64,000 bases of DNA from Vicinamibacterales bacterium. GTDB lineage: Bacteria; Acidobacteriota; Vicinamibacteria; Vicinamibacterales; JAKQTR01. Of this stretch, positions 37,218-46,242 are shown one piece after another (within the stretch, counting starts at the first letter, position 1; every line of letters starts with the position of its first letter). The stretch is taken from positions 147,758 to 211,757 of the forward strand of contig JALOKU010000001.1 in NCBI GenBank assembly GCA_025456345.1. Reading direction: 5' to 3'. Position numbers and translations under genes: made by a program. The notes under the pieces are model-generated. The model had not been told where the DNA came from. It saw only the letters and a program-made list of their open reading frames with translations, and did no database searches.

Positions 37218-38519
37218 CTACGCCATCTTTCCGGCGAGGTACGACTCGTACGCGGCCATGTCGAAGATGCCGTGGCCGGAAAGGTTGAAGAGGATGGTCT
37301 TCTTCTCGCCGGACTCGCGCGCGAGCAAGGCCTGCCGCATCGCGGCGTGCACGGCGTGCGCGGACTCGGGCGCCGGAATGGTGCCCTCGCACCGCGCGAA
37401 CTGCACGGCGCTCTCGAAGACGGTGTGCTGATCGTACGCCTCCGCCTCGATCATCCCGGCGGCGAGCAGGTGGCTGACGAGCGGCGCGGACCCGTGGTAC
37501 CGCAGGCCGCCCGCGTGCACCGGCGGCGGGATGAAGTTGTGCCCCAGCGTATGCATCATCATGAGCGGCGTCGTGCCGGCCGTGTCGCCGAAGTCGTACT
37601 CGCGCGGGCCCTTCGTCAGCGTCGGGCACGACGAGGGTTCAGCGGCGATCGCACGCAGCGCCTTCCGGTCACCCTTCAGCTTGTCCTTCAAGAAGGGGAA
37701 CGTCAGGCCCGCGAAGTTGCTGCCGCCGCCGTGGCAGGCGATGAGGATGTCGGGGTAGTCGCCCGCCATCTCCATCTGCTTCTTCGCCTCGAGGCCGATG
37801 ATGGTCTGGTGCAGCATCACATGGTTGAGCACGCTGCCGAGGGCGTACTTCGTGTCGTCGCGGCCCACCGCGTCCTCGATCGCCTCGGAGATGGCGATCC
37901 CGAGGCTGCCGGGCGAGTCCGGGTGCCCCTCCAGGATGTGGCGGCCGGCCCGCGTCAAGGTCGACGGGCTCGCCACGATGTCAGCCCCGTAGGTCTTCAT
38001 CATGATGCGGCGGTACGGCTTGAAGTCGTAGCTCACGCGCACCATGTAGACCATGCACTCGAGGCCCATCAGCCGGCACGCGCACGCCAGGGCCGACCCC
38101 CACTGTCCGGCGCCCGTCTCGGTCGCGAGGCGCTTCACGCCTTCCTGCTTGTTCATCCAGGCCTGGACCAGCGCCGTGTTCAGTTTGTGGCTGCCGACCG
38201 GACTGACGTGCTCGGACTTGTAGTAGATCCTCGCCGGCGTGTCGAGGAACTCCTCCAGGGCGCGCGCGCGGAATACCGGGGTCGGCCGGTAGAGGCGGTA
38301 GATGTCGCGCACCTCGTCGGGGATCTCGATCCAGGGCTCGAGCGACACCTCCTGCGTGATGAGCCCCATCGGGAAGATGGGCGCGAGATCCGCGGGCCCG
38401 ATCGGCTCCTTCGTGCCGGGGTGCAGCGGGGGCGGCATCGGCGTCGGCAGGTCCGGGGCGATGTTGTAGAAGTGCGTCGGGATGTCGGACTCGGGCAGCG
38501 TGATCTTGGTGTCGGTCAT
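37218..38519 (-). CDS. TrpB-like PLP-dependent enzyme (tryptophan synthase beta, TrpB2 type)
   Basis: Start [33 protein letters not shown] (PLP lysine), [10 protein letters not shown] and [10 protein letters not shown] motifs. The N-terminal extension and length (433 aa) are typical of TrpB2. Confidence 0.9.
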   Translation of the reverse strand: MTDTKITLPESDIPTHFYNIAPDLPTPMPPPLHPGTKEPIGPADLAPIFPMGLITQEVSLEPWIEIPDEVRDIYRLYRPTPVFRARALEEFLDTPARIYYKSEHVSPVGSHKLNTALVQAWMNKQEGVKRLATETGAGQWGSALACACRLMGLECMVYMVRVSYDFKPYRRIMMKTYGADIVASPSTLTRAGRHILEGHPDSPGSLGIAISEAIEDAVGRDDTKYALGSVLNHVMLHQTIIGLEAKKQMEMAGDYPDILIACHGGGSNFAGLTFPFLKDKLKGDRKALRAIAAEPSSCPTLTKGPREYDFGDTAGTTPLMMMHTLGHNFIPPPVHAGGLRYHGSAPLVSHLLAAGMIEAEAYDQHTVFESAVQFARCEGTIPAPESAHAVHAAMRQALLARESGEKKTILFNLSGHGIFDMAAYESYLAGKMA

Positions 38520-38539
38520 GGAGCCTCTCGCGCTGAGCG

Positions 38540-39067
38540 CTATCGCGTGACGGTGATGGTGGCCTTGACCCGCGCCGCCTTCGGCGGCAGGCAGATGTTG
38601 CCGTCGCAGGCCTGGAACGACACGTCGATCTCGAGCACGTGCGGGCCGGCAGCGGCATCGGCGGCGACGGCCACCGGGAGCCGGAACGTCGCCGCGTCCG
38701 CGTACGAGGCCGTGATCTGCCCGAAGGCCTGATCCATTTCGCGTTCCGGTTCGGGCGCGACGAATTTCCCCGCGGCGGCGAAAACCGGGTTCTTGACGAT
38801 CGTGATCTCCACCGGCCGCGGCCCGACGTTGGCCTCGTCGGGCGCGTACACGTGCCAGCCCTCGTCGATCTTCGCCGAGACAACGGCCGTCAGCGTGCCG
38901 CCGGCGGCGGCCTGGCCCGAGGCGGGCTCCATGGCAAGCAACCACTTGATGGGCTGCAGCGGCCCTTGCTGGGCGGGCGCACCGGCCGGCGAGAACGCGG
39001 CGCCGGCGGCAGCCAGCAGGACGGCGGCAAGACGGTACGCGGCCGAGGCTGGGGATCGCATAATCAT
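38540..39067 (-). CDS. DsbD N-terminal (DsbC/PF11412-like) domain protein, periplasmic
   Basis: Signal peptide. [10 protein letters not shown] and the C-terminal [12 protein letters not shown] motif (redox cysteine pair) are typical of the DsbD alpha domain. Confidence 0.75.
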   Translation of the reverse strand: MIMRSPASAAYRLAAVLLAAAGAAFSPAGAPAQQGPLQPIKWLLAMEPASGQAAAGGTLTAVVSAKIDEGWHVYAPDEANVGPRPVEITIVKNPVFAAAGKFVAPEPEREMDQAFGQITASYADAATFRLPVAVAADAAAGPHVLEIDVSFQACDGNICLPPKAARVKATITVTR

Positions 39068-39145
39068 AGAGGTATCCTACCTGAGACTGTGGCGCGCCGG
39101 CCCGCGCTTTCGGCCTGGTCGGGCGACCCGAACCGGAGTGATCCC

Positions 39146-40456
39146 ATGACGAAGCTGTTTGCCGCCTCCCTGGCTGCCGTGGCGTTCGCCGCGGCCGTCT
39201 TCGCACAGGCCCCGGCGCCGCCCCCGATGGCCTCCGCGCCGGCGGGATGCCTCAAGTCCACACGGGAGTACCGCCAAATCCTGATGAAGGATGTCCAGGC
39301 CCGCTTGAAGGAGAGCGGCAGGCAGGTCACCCAGGAGGACGTGAACACGGTCGGCTCCAGAACGGCGGAGTACGCCTCGGCGTGCGCGGCGCAGTTCGCC
39401 AAGGGCGGCGTGCCCGCCGCCGACATGCCCGCCCTCGCGGAACTCCTGGTCGAAGCGCAGCAGATCGACGCCGCGACACAGACCATTGCCAACGCGCTGG
39501 CGGCTCCTGGCGCGGACGCCGCCGCGAAGGCGGCCACGCTCTCGACGGGAGTGCGCCTCCTCTCGAGGCAGTTCCGCCAGCCCGGCGTGCTGGACCAGGC
39601 CGAGGCCTGGGTCGCCGAACTCGAGAAGCTGCCCGCCAGCTTCGTGCGCGATCGCATCGAGGCGCACGGCGTCCTGAACGGCTACTACCGCGCCGACGAC
39701 ATCGACGCCGGCATCATCAGGCACTCGACGCGCCTCCTCGAGCTGAACGCGGGCCTTGCGGCCGATCAGCGCACGCCTCAGATCTCGAACACGATCATCG
39801 CGGCCTACTCGAACCTGGCCGAGGCGTGGGCCGGACAGGAGCAGACGGGGAAGGCGCTCGACCTGCTGCGCCGCGCGCCGGTGGATCTGAAGGGTGTGGA
39901 GGGCGTGGCCGAGCGCCTCGCGCCCACCATCGAACGGTACGAGCTGGTCGGCAGGCCCGCGGCCGCGATCGAGGCGCCGGCGTGGCTGAATGCGAGCGAG
40001 GGTACGACGAAGCTGGAGATGCCCGGGGCCGTCACCTGGCTGCAGTTCACGGCGCACTGGTGCGGGCCGTGCCGCGAGGCGTACCCGGCGGCGGTGCGCC
40101 TGCAGAAGCAGTTCGGCGGGCGGGGCTTCCGCGTGGTGATGGCGACGCAGCTCTACGGCTACTTCGAGAACCGCCGCAATCTTCCGCCGGCCGATGAGAT
40201 GGCCGCGATCCGCAACTACTTTCCGAAACACGGCATCATCTGGCCGGTGGCCGTCGCGGACAACCTTCCGCCGGTCATGGAGAACGGCAGGATGGTGCGC
40301 GCGCTGAACGCCAACGACGCCAACTTCAAGGTCGCGGGCATTCCCCAGATCCACATCATCGATCGCAAGGGCATCATCCGCCTGATCATGATCGGGTTCG
40401 ACGAGGCGAACGAGCCGAAGCTGGCGGCGATGATTCAGCGGCTGCTCGATCAGTGA
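39146..40456 (+). CDS. TlpA-family thioredoxin-like thiol:disulfide oxidoreductase with long helical N-terminal domain
   Basis: Signal peptide. ~270-aa Ala-rich helical region, then a thioredoxin fold with active site [14 protein letters not shown]. Confidence 0.8.
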   Translation: MTKLFAASLAAVAFAAAVFAQAPAPPPMASAPAGCLKSTREYRQILMKDVQARLKESGRQVTQEDVNTVGSRTAEYASACAAQFAKGGVPAADMPALAELLVEAQQIDAATQTIANALAAPGADAAAKAATLSTGVRLLSRQFRQPGVLDQAEAWVAELEKLPASFVRDRIEAHGVLNGYYRADDIDAGIIRHSTRLLELNAGLAADQRTPQISNTIIAAYSNLAEAWAGQEQTGKALDLLRRAPVDLKGVEGVAERLAPTIERYELVGRPAAAIEAPAWLNASEGTTKLEMPGAVTWLQFTAHWCGPCREAYPAAVRLQKQFGGRGFRVVMATQLYGYFENRRNLPPADEMAAIRNYFPKHGIIWPVAVADNLPPVMENGRMVRALNANDANFKVAGIPQIHIIDRKGIIRLIMIGFDEANEPKLAAMIQRLLDQ

Positions 40457-40463
40457 AGCGGCA

Positions 40464-40516
40464 CGGGACAAGGGACAGAAGGCGAGAGGCGAGCGGACAG
40501 GCGACAGGGGATAGGG
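40464..40516. repeat. purine-rich low-complexity tract ending in GGGGATAGGG
   Basis: GGGACAAGGGACAGAAGGCGAGAGGCGAGCGGACAGGCGACAGGGGATAGGG is almost entirely purine on the + strand. It lies between the TlpA-like stop and the DUF5916 start. Confidence 0.4.
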
Positions 40517-40585
40517 CCGACGCTCGGAGGCGAGAGGAGGCGAACCGGATGGGCCTGCCCGCCGTCTAACCGTGCCGGAGGGTTC

Positions 40586-42892
40586 ATGCCGCCTGCAAGG
40601 CGAGGTGGGACCAGCCTGTTCCCGCCCGCTGGGACGCTGGCCGCGCTCGCCGCCGCTACTGGCATTGCGCTGCACGGCGTGCCGGTTCTCGCGCAGCAGG
40701 CTCCGGCGAGCCCGGCGCCACGGGTCTTTCCCAGGGTCACCTTCACCGTCAGCCGCGCGGCCTCCGACATCAAGATCGACGGCGTGCTCGACGAGGAGGC
40801 CTGGAAGACGGCCGCCGTCGTCCCGCTCCCGTACGAGTGGGCGCCCGGCGACAACGTGCCTCCGCCGGTCGAGACCGAGTGCCTGGTCGCCTACGACGCG
40901 AAGAACCTCTACGTGGCCTTCCGGGCGCATGATCCGAAGCCTTCCGACATCCGCGCGCACCTGATGGATCGCGACGACACCGACACGCTCATTCAGGACG
41001 ACCACGTCGGCGTGATGATCGACACGTTCAACGACGAGCGCCGCGCGTTCCAGTTCCGCGTCAATCCGCTCGGCGTGCAGGCCGATGCCGTGTTCAGCGA
41101 GCAGGACGGCGTCGAGGACTTCTCCTGGGACATGATGTGGAGCGCGGTGGGCCGCATCACGGGGGATGGCTACATCGTCGAGATGGCCTTTCCCCTGAAG
41201 CAGCTTCGGTTCAAGGCGGGCGAAGGGGCGCAGACGTGGGGGTTCGAGGCGTTCCGATCCTGGCCGCGCAACGTGCGCCACCGCATCTCCTCCCAGCCAC
41301 GGGACCGCAACAAGGGGTGCTTCCTGTGCCAGGAGAACAAGATCGCGGGCCTCGAGGGCCTCGCCCAGGGGCGCAACGTCGAACTGGACCCGACGGCCAC
41401 CTTCAGCCGCACGGACGAACGCGCATCGGCCGACGCCGCCGCGCTCGCCAGCGGCGACCCCGACGCTGAACTCGGGCTGACCGGCCGGTGGAGCGTCACC
41501 TCCAGCATGACGCTGAACGGCACGATCAACCCGGACTTCTCCCAGGTCGAGGCCGACGTCGCCCAGCTGGACGTGAACCAGCGCTTCGCGCTCTTCTACC
41601 CGGAGAAGCGCCCGTTCTTTCTCGAAGGCATCGACTACTTCGTCACGCCGATCCAGAGCGTCTTCACGCGAACCGTCGCCGACCCGTACTACGGGGCGAA
41701 ACTGACGGGCAAACAGGGCGGGAACGCGATCGGGGTGTTTGTCACCCGGGATTCGCTCAACAATCTCGTCTTCCCGGCGAATGCCGGTTCCGCTGACGCG
41801 TCCCTCGATGACGACGTCACCACCGTCGTCGGGCGCTACCGCCGCGACATCGGCAGCTCCTCCACGATCGGGGCGCTCTACGCCGGCCGGGAGGGCGAGG
41901 GTTACCACAACCGGCAGATCGGCGCCGACCTCTTCTGGCGCCCGACCCAGTCGGACGCCATACGCGTGCAGTACATCCGGACCGAGACGCAGTATCCGGA
42001 GGCCGTCGCAGAAGGCTACGGCCAGCCGAAGGAGGCCTTCGGCGGCAATGGCACCTGGATCGACTACGAGCACGTGACGGAGAAGTGGGCGGCCTTCGGC
42101 AGCTACGAGGCCTACGACTCGGGGTTCCGCGCCGACACCGGCTTCGTGCCGCGGGTGGATGTCCGGACGCTGTCGGGGCAGGCCCAGCGGCGATGGTTCC
42201 GGGGCGCGGATGCGTGGTTCAACACGCTCAACCTCGGGCTGCGCGGCGGGCGCACCACCAACGACGAGTGGGCGATGACGGATGAAACCGTGGCCGCCTT
42301 CGTGAACTACACCGGGCCGTACCAGATCCAGGCTCAGCTCACCGTGCCGCGCAGCGTCGAGGTGTACGAAGGCGTGCGCTACGAGTTCTACCGGCCGAAC
42401 CTCCGTTTCGGTATCAAGCCTTCCGGACGGAGCGCGCTGTCGATCCAGGGCCGCTTCGGCGGTGGCGTGGACTATGCGAACAACCGCCAGGCCACCAGTG
42501 CGATCCAGTGGGCTCCTGCGGTCGAGTACCGCCCGGTGTCGCGGGTCAGCCTGCAGCTCAACTACACCCTCGACCGGCTCTCGGTCGAAGGCGGCCGCCT
42601 CTACCAGGCGAACCTCGGCCAGCTCAAGGCGATCTACCACCTCAACGTCCGGACCTTCGTGCGCGCCATCCTGCAGTACACGGACATCAGCCGCGACCCG
42701 GACCTGTATCGGTTTCCCGTCGAACCGCGCACCCGGCGCTTCTTCTCGCAGTACCTCTTTTCCTTCAAGCTCAATCCGCAGACGGTGATTTTCGCCGGCT
42801 ACTCGGACAACGCCGCCGCGACGCAGGGCGTCGACCTGCAGCAACAGAACCGGACGTTCTTCGTGAAGCTCGGGTACGCGTGGGCGTTCTGA
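40586..42892 (+). CDS. DUF5916 / carbohydrate-binding family 9 domain outer-membrane protein
   Basis: GGAGGG SD. Signal peptide. IKIDGVLDEEAW, NLYVAFRAHD and DDHVGVMIDTFNDERRAFQFRVNPLGVQAD match the CBM9-like N-domain. Long beta-rich C-terminal region ending ...FFVKLGYAWAF (OMP-like terminal Phe). Confidence 0.75.
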   Translation: MPPARRGGTSLFPPAGTLAALAAATGIALHGVPVLAQQAPASPAPRVFPRVTFTVSRAASDIKIDGVLDEEAWKTAAVVPLPYEWAPGDNVPPPVETECLVAYDAKNLYVAFRAHDPKPSDIRAHLMDRDDTDTLIQDDHVGVMIDTFNDERRAFQFRVNPLGVQADAVFSEQDGVEDFSWDMMWSAVGRITGDGYIVEMAFPLKQLRFKAGEGAQTWGFEAFRSWPRNVRHRISSQPRDRNKGCFLCQENKIAGLEGLAQGRNVELDPTATFSRTDERASADAAALASGDPDAELGLTGRWSVTSSMTLNGTINPDFSQVEADVAQLDVNQRFALFYPEKRPFFLEGIDYFVTPIQSVFTRTVADPYYGAKLTGKQGGNAIGVFVTRDSLNNLVFPANAGSADASLDDDVTTVVGRYRRDIGSSSTIGALYAGREGEGYHNRQIGADLFWRPTQSDAIRVQYIRTETQYPEAVAEGYGQPKEAFGGNGTWIDYEHVTEKWAAFGSYEAYDSGFRADTGFVPRVDVRTLSGQAQRRWFRGADAWFNTLNLGLRGGRTTNDEWAMTDETVAAFVNYTGPYQIQAQLTVPRSVEVYEGVRYEFYRPNLRFGIKPSGRSALSIQGRFGGGVDYANNRQATSAIQWAPAVEYRPVSRVSLQLNYTLDRLSVEGGRLYQANLGQLKAIYHLNVRTFVRAILQYTDISRDPDLYRFPVEPRTRRFFSQYLFSFKLNPQTVIFAGYSDNAAATQGVDLQQQNRTFFVKLGYAWAF

Positions 42893-42893
42893 A

Positions 42894-42926
42894 GGGCAGG
42901 GGCTAGGGGCTGGGGGCTAGTCAGAC
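42894..42926. repeat. GGGGCTAG-type octamer element, half copy
   Basis: GGGCAGGGGCTAGGGGCTGGGGGCTAGTCAGAC starts 2 nt after the DUF5916 stop. It closely matches the left arm plus loop of the 19956-20025 palindrome (…GGGGCTAGGGGCTGGGCGCTAGGGGCTAGTCTGAC). Confidence 0.6.
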
Positions 42927-42968
42927 AGGCGGGGTCCGGGATCTCTCCCTCACGCCGCGCGTCATACA

Positions 42969-43559
42969 ATGGCCATGATGAATCGCTCAACCCTGCTCGG
43001 CTTGATCCTCGCGACGACGATCGGAACCACGTCGACCCGTGCCGCCGACCAGGCGAAGCCCGCCGGGGCGCTCGCGATCGGCGACCCGTTCCCCCGTCTC
43101 GAGGCGGAGTTCCTCACGGGCCGCAAGGCGGTGCTCCCGGACGCCGCGGCGGGAAAGTCCGCGCTCGTGATGATGGGTTTCACCTACGATTCCCGGTTCG
43201 CCGTCGAGAAGTGGGCAGAGTACCTCCGCCCCGAGATGGAGGCGAACGACAAGGTCACGTTCTTCGAGGTCCCCGTCATCGGCGGCATGGGCCGGATGGC
43301 GAAGTGGTTCATCGATTCCGGGATGCGGAAGGGCACGCCCAAAGAGCTCCACGAAAACGTCATCACCGTCTACGGCGGCGTGGACCGCTGGAAGAAGGCG
43401 ATGGGCTTCTCGAAGGCCCAGGAGCATGCCGCCTATCTGGCCCTGCTCGGCCCGGACGGCCGCGTGGTGTGGATGTACCGAGGGGTCTTCACCGAAGAGG
43501 CGATGACCGCGCTCAGAGCGGCGATTGCGGGGAGCGCGGCCGGCGACGAAGGTCGCTAG
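42969..43559 (+). CDS. secreted thioredoxin-fold (redoxin-like) protein lacking catalytic cysteines
   Basis: Signal peptide. GDPFPRLEAEFLTGRKAVLPD...KSALVMMGFTYDSRFAVEKW follows the AhpC/TSA-redoxin opening pattern, but the mature protein has no Cys. Family assignment is by pattern only. Confidence 0.5.
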   Translation: MAMMNRSTLLGLILATTIGTTSTRAADQAKPAGALAIGDPFPRLEAEFLTGRKAVLPDAAAGKSALVMMGFTYDSRFAVEKWAEYLRPEMEANDKVTFFEVPVIGGMGRMAKWFIDSGMRKGTPKELHENVITVYGGVDRWKKAMGFSKAQEHAAYLALLGPDGRVVWMYRGVFTEEAMTALRAAIAGSAAGDEGR

Positions 43560-43686
43560 CCGGACGGCGGCGCGGCGGGCCTGCCTCGACGAAGCCGCGG
43601 GAGGAGCGTCACCCGCCGGACCGCGGCGCGGCGGGCCTGCCTCGACGAAGCCGCGGGAGGAGCGTCACCCGCCGGACCGCGGCGGA
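43559..43686. repeat. 56-nt GC-rich tandem repeat (2 full copies plus partial)
   Basis: GCCGGAC(G/C)GCGGCGCGGCGGGCCTGCCTCGACGAAGCCGCGGGAGGAGCGTCACCC occurs at 43559-43614 and 43615-43670 (1 mismatch), with a third partial unit to ~43686. It begins on the last base of the upstream stop codon. Confidence 0.9.
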
Positions 43687-43733
43687 GTCGGGTGAAACCA
43701 TCCGGCTCCAGCCTGAATCCCTCATATACACGT

Positions 43734-45065
43734 ATGAGGATTGCCACGCACTTCCGATACGCTCTGGCCGCGCTCGCGGCTGCCGGGCTCACCGCGGCCC
43801 AAGCCGCCGCACAGTCGCCACTGACCCTCGACGACGCCGTCGCCAGGGCGCTGAAACAGAACCCGGCCACACGCGGGGCGGAAGCCGCCCGGCGCGAGGC
43901 CTCGGAGCGCTCCAGGCAGGCAAGGGCCGGCTGGCTTCCTCGTCTCGATCTCACCGAGACGTGGCAGCGCGGGAACCAGCCCGTGTTCGTATTCGGATCC
44001 ATCCTGGCCCAGCGCAGCTTCACCGAGGCCAATTTCGCCATCGACGCGCTGAACCATCCGGATCCGGTCTCGAACTTCCGCACCGGCATCTCGGTTGACC
44101 AGCTGGTCTTCGACGGCGTCCGCACGCGGTCGGCCAACCGTTCCGCGGCGATCGGCGAGGAGATCGCCGACGCCGGCAGCCGCGACACGGCCGCCATGTT
44201 GCGCCTGGGCGCGACGACGGCCTTCGGCGAGGTCCTGATGGCGCAGGCCAACCGGGCGGCCGCCGCCGCTGCCCTCGAATCGGCGGAAGAGGACGTGCGC
44301 CGGGCCGAGCGCCGCCGGGACGCCGGTCTGGCCACCGAGGCCGACGTGCTGGCGGTGAAGGTCCATCTGGCCCAGATCCGCGAGCGTCAAATCGGCGCCG
44401 CCAGCCGCGAGACCGTGGCCCGGCTGCAGCTGAACCAGCTCATGGGTGAGCCGCTGGACGCCCGGTTCGAGCTCCAGCCGCCCTCCCCGGCCGAGGTGGC
44501 GCCGCCGCCGATGGCCGACCTCGAGGCCGAGGCTCTGGCGAACCGGCCCGATGTCGCCCGTGCGGCCGCGCAGGAGCGCCTGGCGCGCGAGTCGATCACG
44601 GCGGCGCGATCGGGCTTCTATCCGCAGGCCGCCGTCCAGGGCGTGTACGAGTTCAATGGCGGGACGTTCGCCGATCGCGCGTCGGCGTGGACCGTCGGCG
44701 CCGTCCTGCGCTGGAACATCTTCGGCGGGTTCGCCGACTCGGCCAGGCTCGGGGAGGCGAAGGCCGCCACCGAGCGCGCGCGCGCCGAGCGCGATCGGCA
44801 GGAATCCGCGGCGCGCGTCGACGTCCGCACCGCCGTGGCCCGTCTCGAGGATGCCCGCGCCCGCGTCGAGGTGGGGCGCCTCACCGTGGCGCAGGCCAGG
44901 GAGAGCCAGCGCATCGTCCGCGATCGCTTCGACGCCGGCCTCGCGCCGGTCAACGACCTGCTTCGCTCCGCCATGGCCGTGCTGGACGCCGACTCCCACC
45001 AGACCGCTGCCGCGATCGATGTTCTCATCAGCGCCGCGCTGCTCGAGCGGGCGCGCGGAAGGTAA
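43734..45065 (+). CDS. TolC family outer-membrane efflux protein
   Basis: Signal peptide MRIATHFRYALAALAAAGLTAAQAAAQ, then the LTLDDAVARALKQNP signature and two coiled-coil/beta repeats. An alternative GTG start at 43692 is preceded by GGAG. Confidence 0.85.
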   Translation: MRIATHFRYALAALAAAGLTAAQAAAQSPLTLDDAVARALKQNPATRGAEAARREASERSRQARAGWLPRLDLTETWQRGNQPVFVFGSILAQRSFTEANFAIDALNHPDPVSNFRTGISVDQLVFDGVRTRSANRSAAIGEEIADAGSRDTAAMLRLGATTAFGEVLMAQANRAAAAAALESAEEDVRRAERRRDAGLATEADVLAVKVHLAQIRERQIGAASRETVARLQLNQLMGEPLDARFELQPPSPAEVAPPPMADLEAEALANRPDVARAAAQERLARESITAARSGFYPQAAVQGVYEFNGGTFADRASAWTVGAVLRWNIFGGFADSARLGEAKAATERARAERDRQESAARVDVRTAVARLEDARARVEVGRLTVAQARESQRIVRDRFDAGLAPVNDLLRSAMAVLDADSHQTAAAIDVLISAALLERARGR

Positions 45066-45072
45066 CGCCATC

Positions 45073-46242
45073 ATGAAGCCGACGTTTCTGATCTCGGCCG
45101 CGCTGGTTGCCGCGGCCGCCGCTGGATGCTCGCGCGGCGAGGCCCCGAAGGTTCCGGCCGGGCCTCCCGTTGCCGTCTCGGTTGCGGCTGCCGCCGAGCG
45201 GGAGCTTGTCACGCCGTTCGAAGCCGGGGGCGTTGTCCGCGCCCAGCGCGTGGCGGTGATCGTCAGCCGGATCATGGCCGACGTGCGGGCGGTGCCCGTC
45301 AAGGCCGGCGACCGCGTCCGGGCCGGGCAGACCCTCGTGCTGCTCGACGGGCGGGAACTGCAGGCGCATCGGACGCGGGCGTCGGCGAGCCAGACGGCGG
45401 TGACGCAGTCCACCGCCCTTGCGGAAGCCGACCGGCAGGCCGCGGAGGCCGGTCTGGCGCTCGCGCGTCTCACACATCAGCGGATGGCCGACCTCAAGGC
45501 CAAGAACTCGGCCACGCAGGGCGAACTCGACGAGGCCGTCGCCACCCTGCGCGGGGCCGAGGCCCGCATGAGCGTGGCGGAGGCGCGCGTGGCCGAAGCC
45601 CGCGCGTCGGTCGCGTCGGCAACGGCCGGCGCGTCGGCTGCCGACGTCGCGGCCTCGTATGCGACGCTCACCGCGCCCTTCGACGGGGTCGTCACCGAAA
45701 AGAGCGTGGACCCGGGCAACATGGCGAGCCCCGGCCAGCCCCTCGTCACGGTCGAAGACGACAGGAGCTTTCGTCTCGAGGTGCGGCTCGACGCGTCGCG
45801 GGCGGCGTTCGTGCACGTGGGTGATGAGGTGCGCGTGCGGCTCGACGGCGCCGCGGCGGACGCGGCCGGCCGGGTCGCCGAGGTGGAGCGCGTGGTCGAC
45901 CCGGGGTCGCACGACTTTCTCGTGAAGGTCGACCTGGCGCCGGCCCCGCCGCTCCGATCGGGCATGTACGGACGCGCCGCGTTTCGAGGTGCGGCGCGAC
46001 AGGGCCTCGCCGTGCCCGAGGCGGCCGTCGTCCGCCGGGGCCAGATCTCCAGCGTGTTCGTCGTCGATGCCGACAACCATGCCCGCCTCAGGCTGGTGAA
46101 TGCCTCGGAGCCGGCCGACGGCCATGTCGAGATCCGCGCCGGGCTGCGAAGCGGTGAGCGCGTGGTGCTGTCGCCGCCGCCGGCGCTGGTGGATGGCTCG
46201 CCGGTGACCGCCGGGCCTGCGGCCCCGGGGAGCGTCCGATGA
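45073..46242 (+). CDS. efflux RND transporter periplasmic adaptor subunit (lipoprotein)
   Basis: Lipobox [35 protein letters not shown] lipoyl-like motif. Coiled-coil hairpin. Confidence 0.85.
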   Translation: MKPTFLISAALVAAAAAGCSRGEAPKVPAGPPVAVSVAAAAERELVTPFEAGGVVRAQRVAVIVSRIMADVRAVPVKAGDRVRAGQTLVLLDGRELQAHRTRASASQTAVTQSTALAEADRQAAEAGLALARLTHQRMADLKAKNSATQGELDEAVATLRGAEARMSVAEARVAEARASVASATAGASAADVAASYATLTAPFDGVVTEKSVDPGNMASPGQPLVTVEDDRSFRLEVRLDASRAAFVHVGDEVRVRLDGAAADAAGRVAEVERVVDPGSHDFLVKVDLAPAPPLRSGMYGRAAFRGAARQGLAVPEAAVVRRGQISSVFVVDADNHARLRLVNASEPADGHVEIRAGLRSGERVVLSPPPALVDGSPVTAGPAAPGSVR

